64,000 nt of DNA from positions 1,364,001 to 1,428,000 of the forward strand of contig JANJGN010000056.1 of the NCBI GenBank assembly GCA_026770705.1. The letters are read 5' to 3'. Of the stretch, positions 63,171 through 64,000 are shown in pieces. Position 1 is the stretch's first letter. Every line of letters begins with the position of its first letter. Position numbers and translations under genes: made by a program. The notes under the pieces were generated by a model. It was not told the origin of the DNA and searched no databases. It saw only the letters and a list, made by a program, of their open reading frames with translations. This DNA is from Isurus oxyrinchus (lineage: Eukaryota).

Positions 63171-64000
63171 TATACGCCTCAGGTTCATTATCTTCAGTTC
63201 TTTCTTTCTAAACAATGTTATCAAATACATTCTTAGATAATTGAATTTCAACACCTCCCCCCGACCTTCATATTCCTGTTCTTCATGTTTCAACCTGTGA
63301 ACTTGTGATCTTGTTACTATGCAATTGGGAAGGAACCTAGGATGCTCTTTCTGCCAAACATAGGTTGAAAATAACTCTACATATCCTCAACTACAATACA
63401 TATCAGCCACATCTGTGATCCAGGAATGACATTACCTAAAACATATTGGATCACTGTAATGGGCAATTTGCCACTCCTCAGACAAACAGCTCACCTATTT
63501 TCCACCTACTGTTAACATGTACCTTCCACAATGAACTAGGCTTAGCATCTCGATGATTCCCAATTATTATCACCTGTTCTGGCAATACATCCTCTGAGCA
63601 ACAAGTATCACTCTCCGGCAACATTAAGGATTGTCTCGCCCATATATTTCTTTAAATTCTAATATATTTTCCTGCTCTGCCCTATACACATGAAAGAGTT
63701 CCGCATCATGTACAAAATGTTTATACATTTCCACAACCTGCTCCCCAGAACTCGCTTGGGTTATGAACACATTCAAGTCATTCTTGACATATCATTGATT
63801 CTTCCTTTCTTTACCACTAAACGACCCACTTCTTTTTCCTCTGCCTGAACCTCAGAAGCCACAATAATTTAATAATTTAATACCCAGAAATTTGCTGCAT
63901 CTGATTAATTCCCTCAATTTTTCCTGAGATTTCCAACACACTGACTTCTTGTGCCCAAATTTATCACTTTGAAAACACTTCAAATTTGGAGTGTCTCTTC

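Overview
This window is eukaryotic, repeat-rich DNA, most likely from a shark or other cartilaginous fish (inferred from the CR1, Penelope and Harbinger repeat types and the receptor type). Its core is a cluster of two-exon GPR139/GPR142-like orphan class A GPCR genes at four stages of birth and death. (1) An intact ~350-aa gene on the minus strand (exons 8312-8486 and 4223-5100). (2) A near-identical duplicate with one frameshift (38716-38890 and 34778-35657), inside a >13-kb segmental duplication offset by ~30.5 kb. (3) An older exon-2 pseudogene (17532-18406). (4) A divergent plus-strand pseudogene absent from the ORF track (exon 1 54570-54639, exon 2 from 62945). The two close copies share a ~290-bp perfectly identical TM1-TM3 tract, while amino-acid changes cluster in ECL2/TM5 and TM6/ECL3. 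Mobile elements include a 5'-truncated Neptune-type Penelope-like element (RT + GIY-YIG, 12-bp TSD) and two related fragments, all carrying a minimal hammerhead-like motif with a non-canonical CUGUYGA core. Also present: a decayed Gypsy element with integrase before RT (Gmr1-like), a Harbinger remnant, a full-length old CR1 with a 24-bp 5' tandem repeat, several minisatellites, a 267-N gap, and an unidentified ~2-kb decayed coding-like tract at the duplication breakpoint. All alignments were done by eye, so boundaries of old repeats are approximate.
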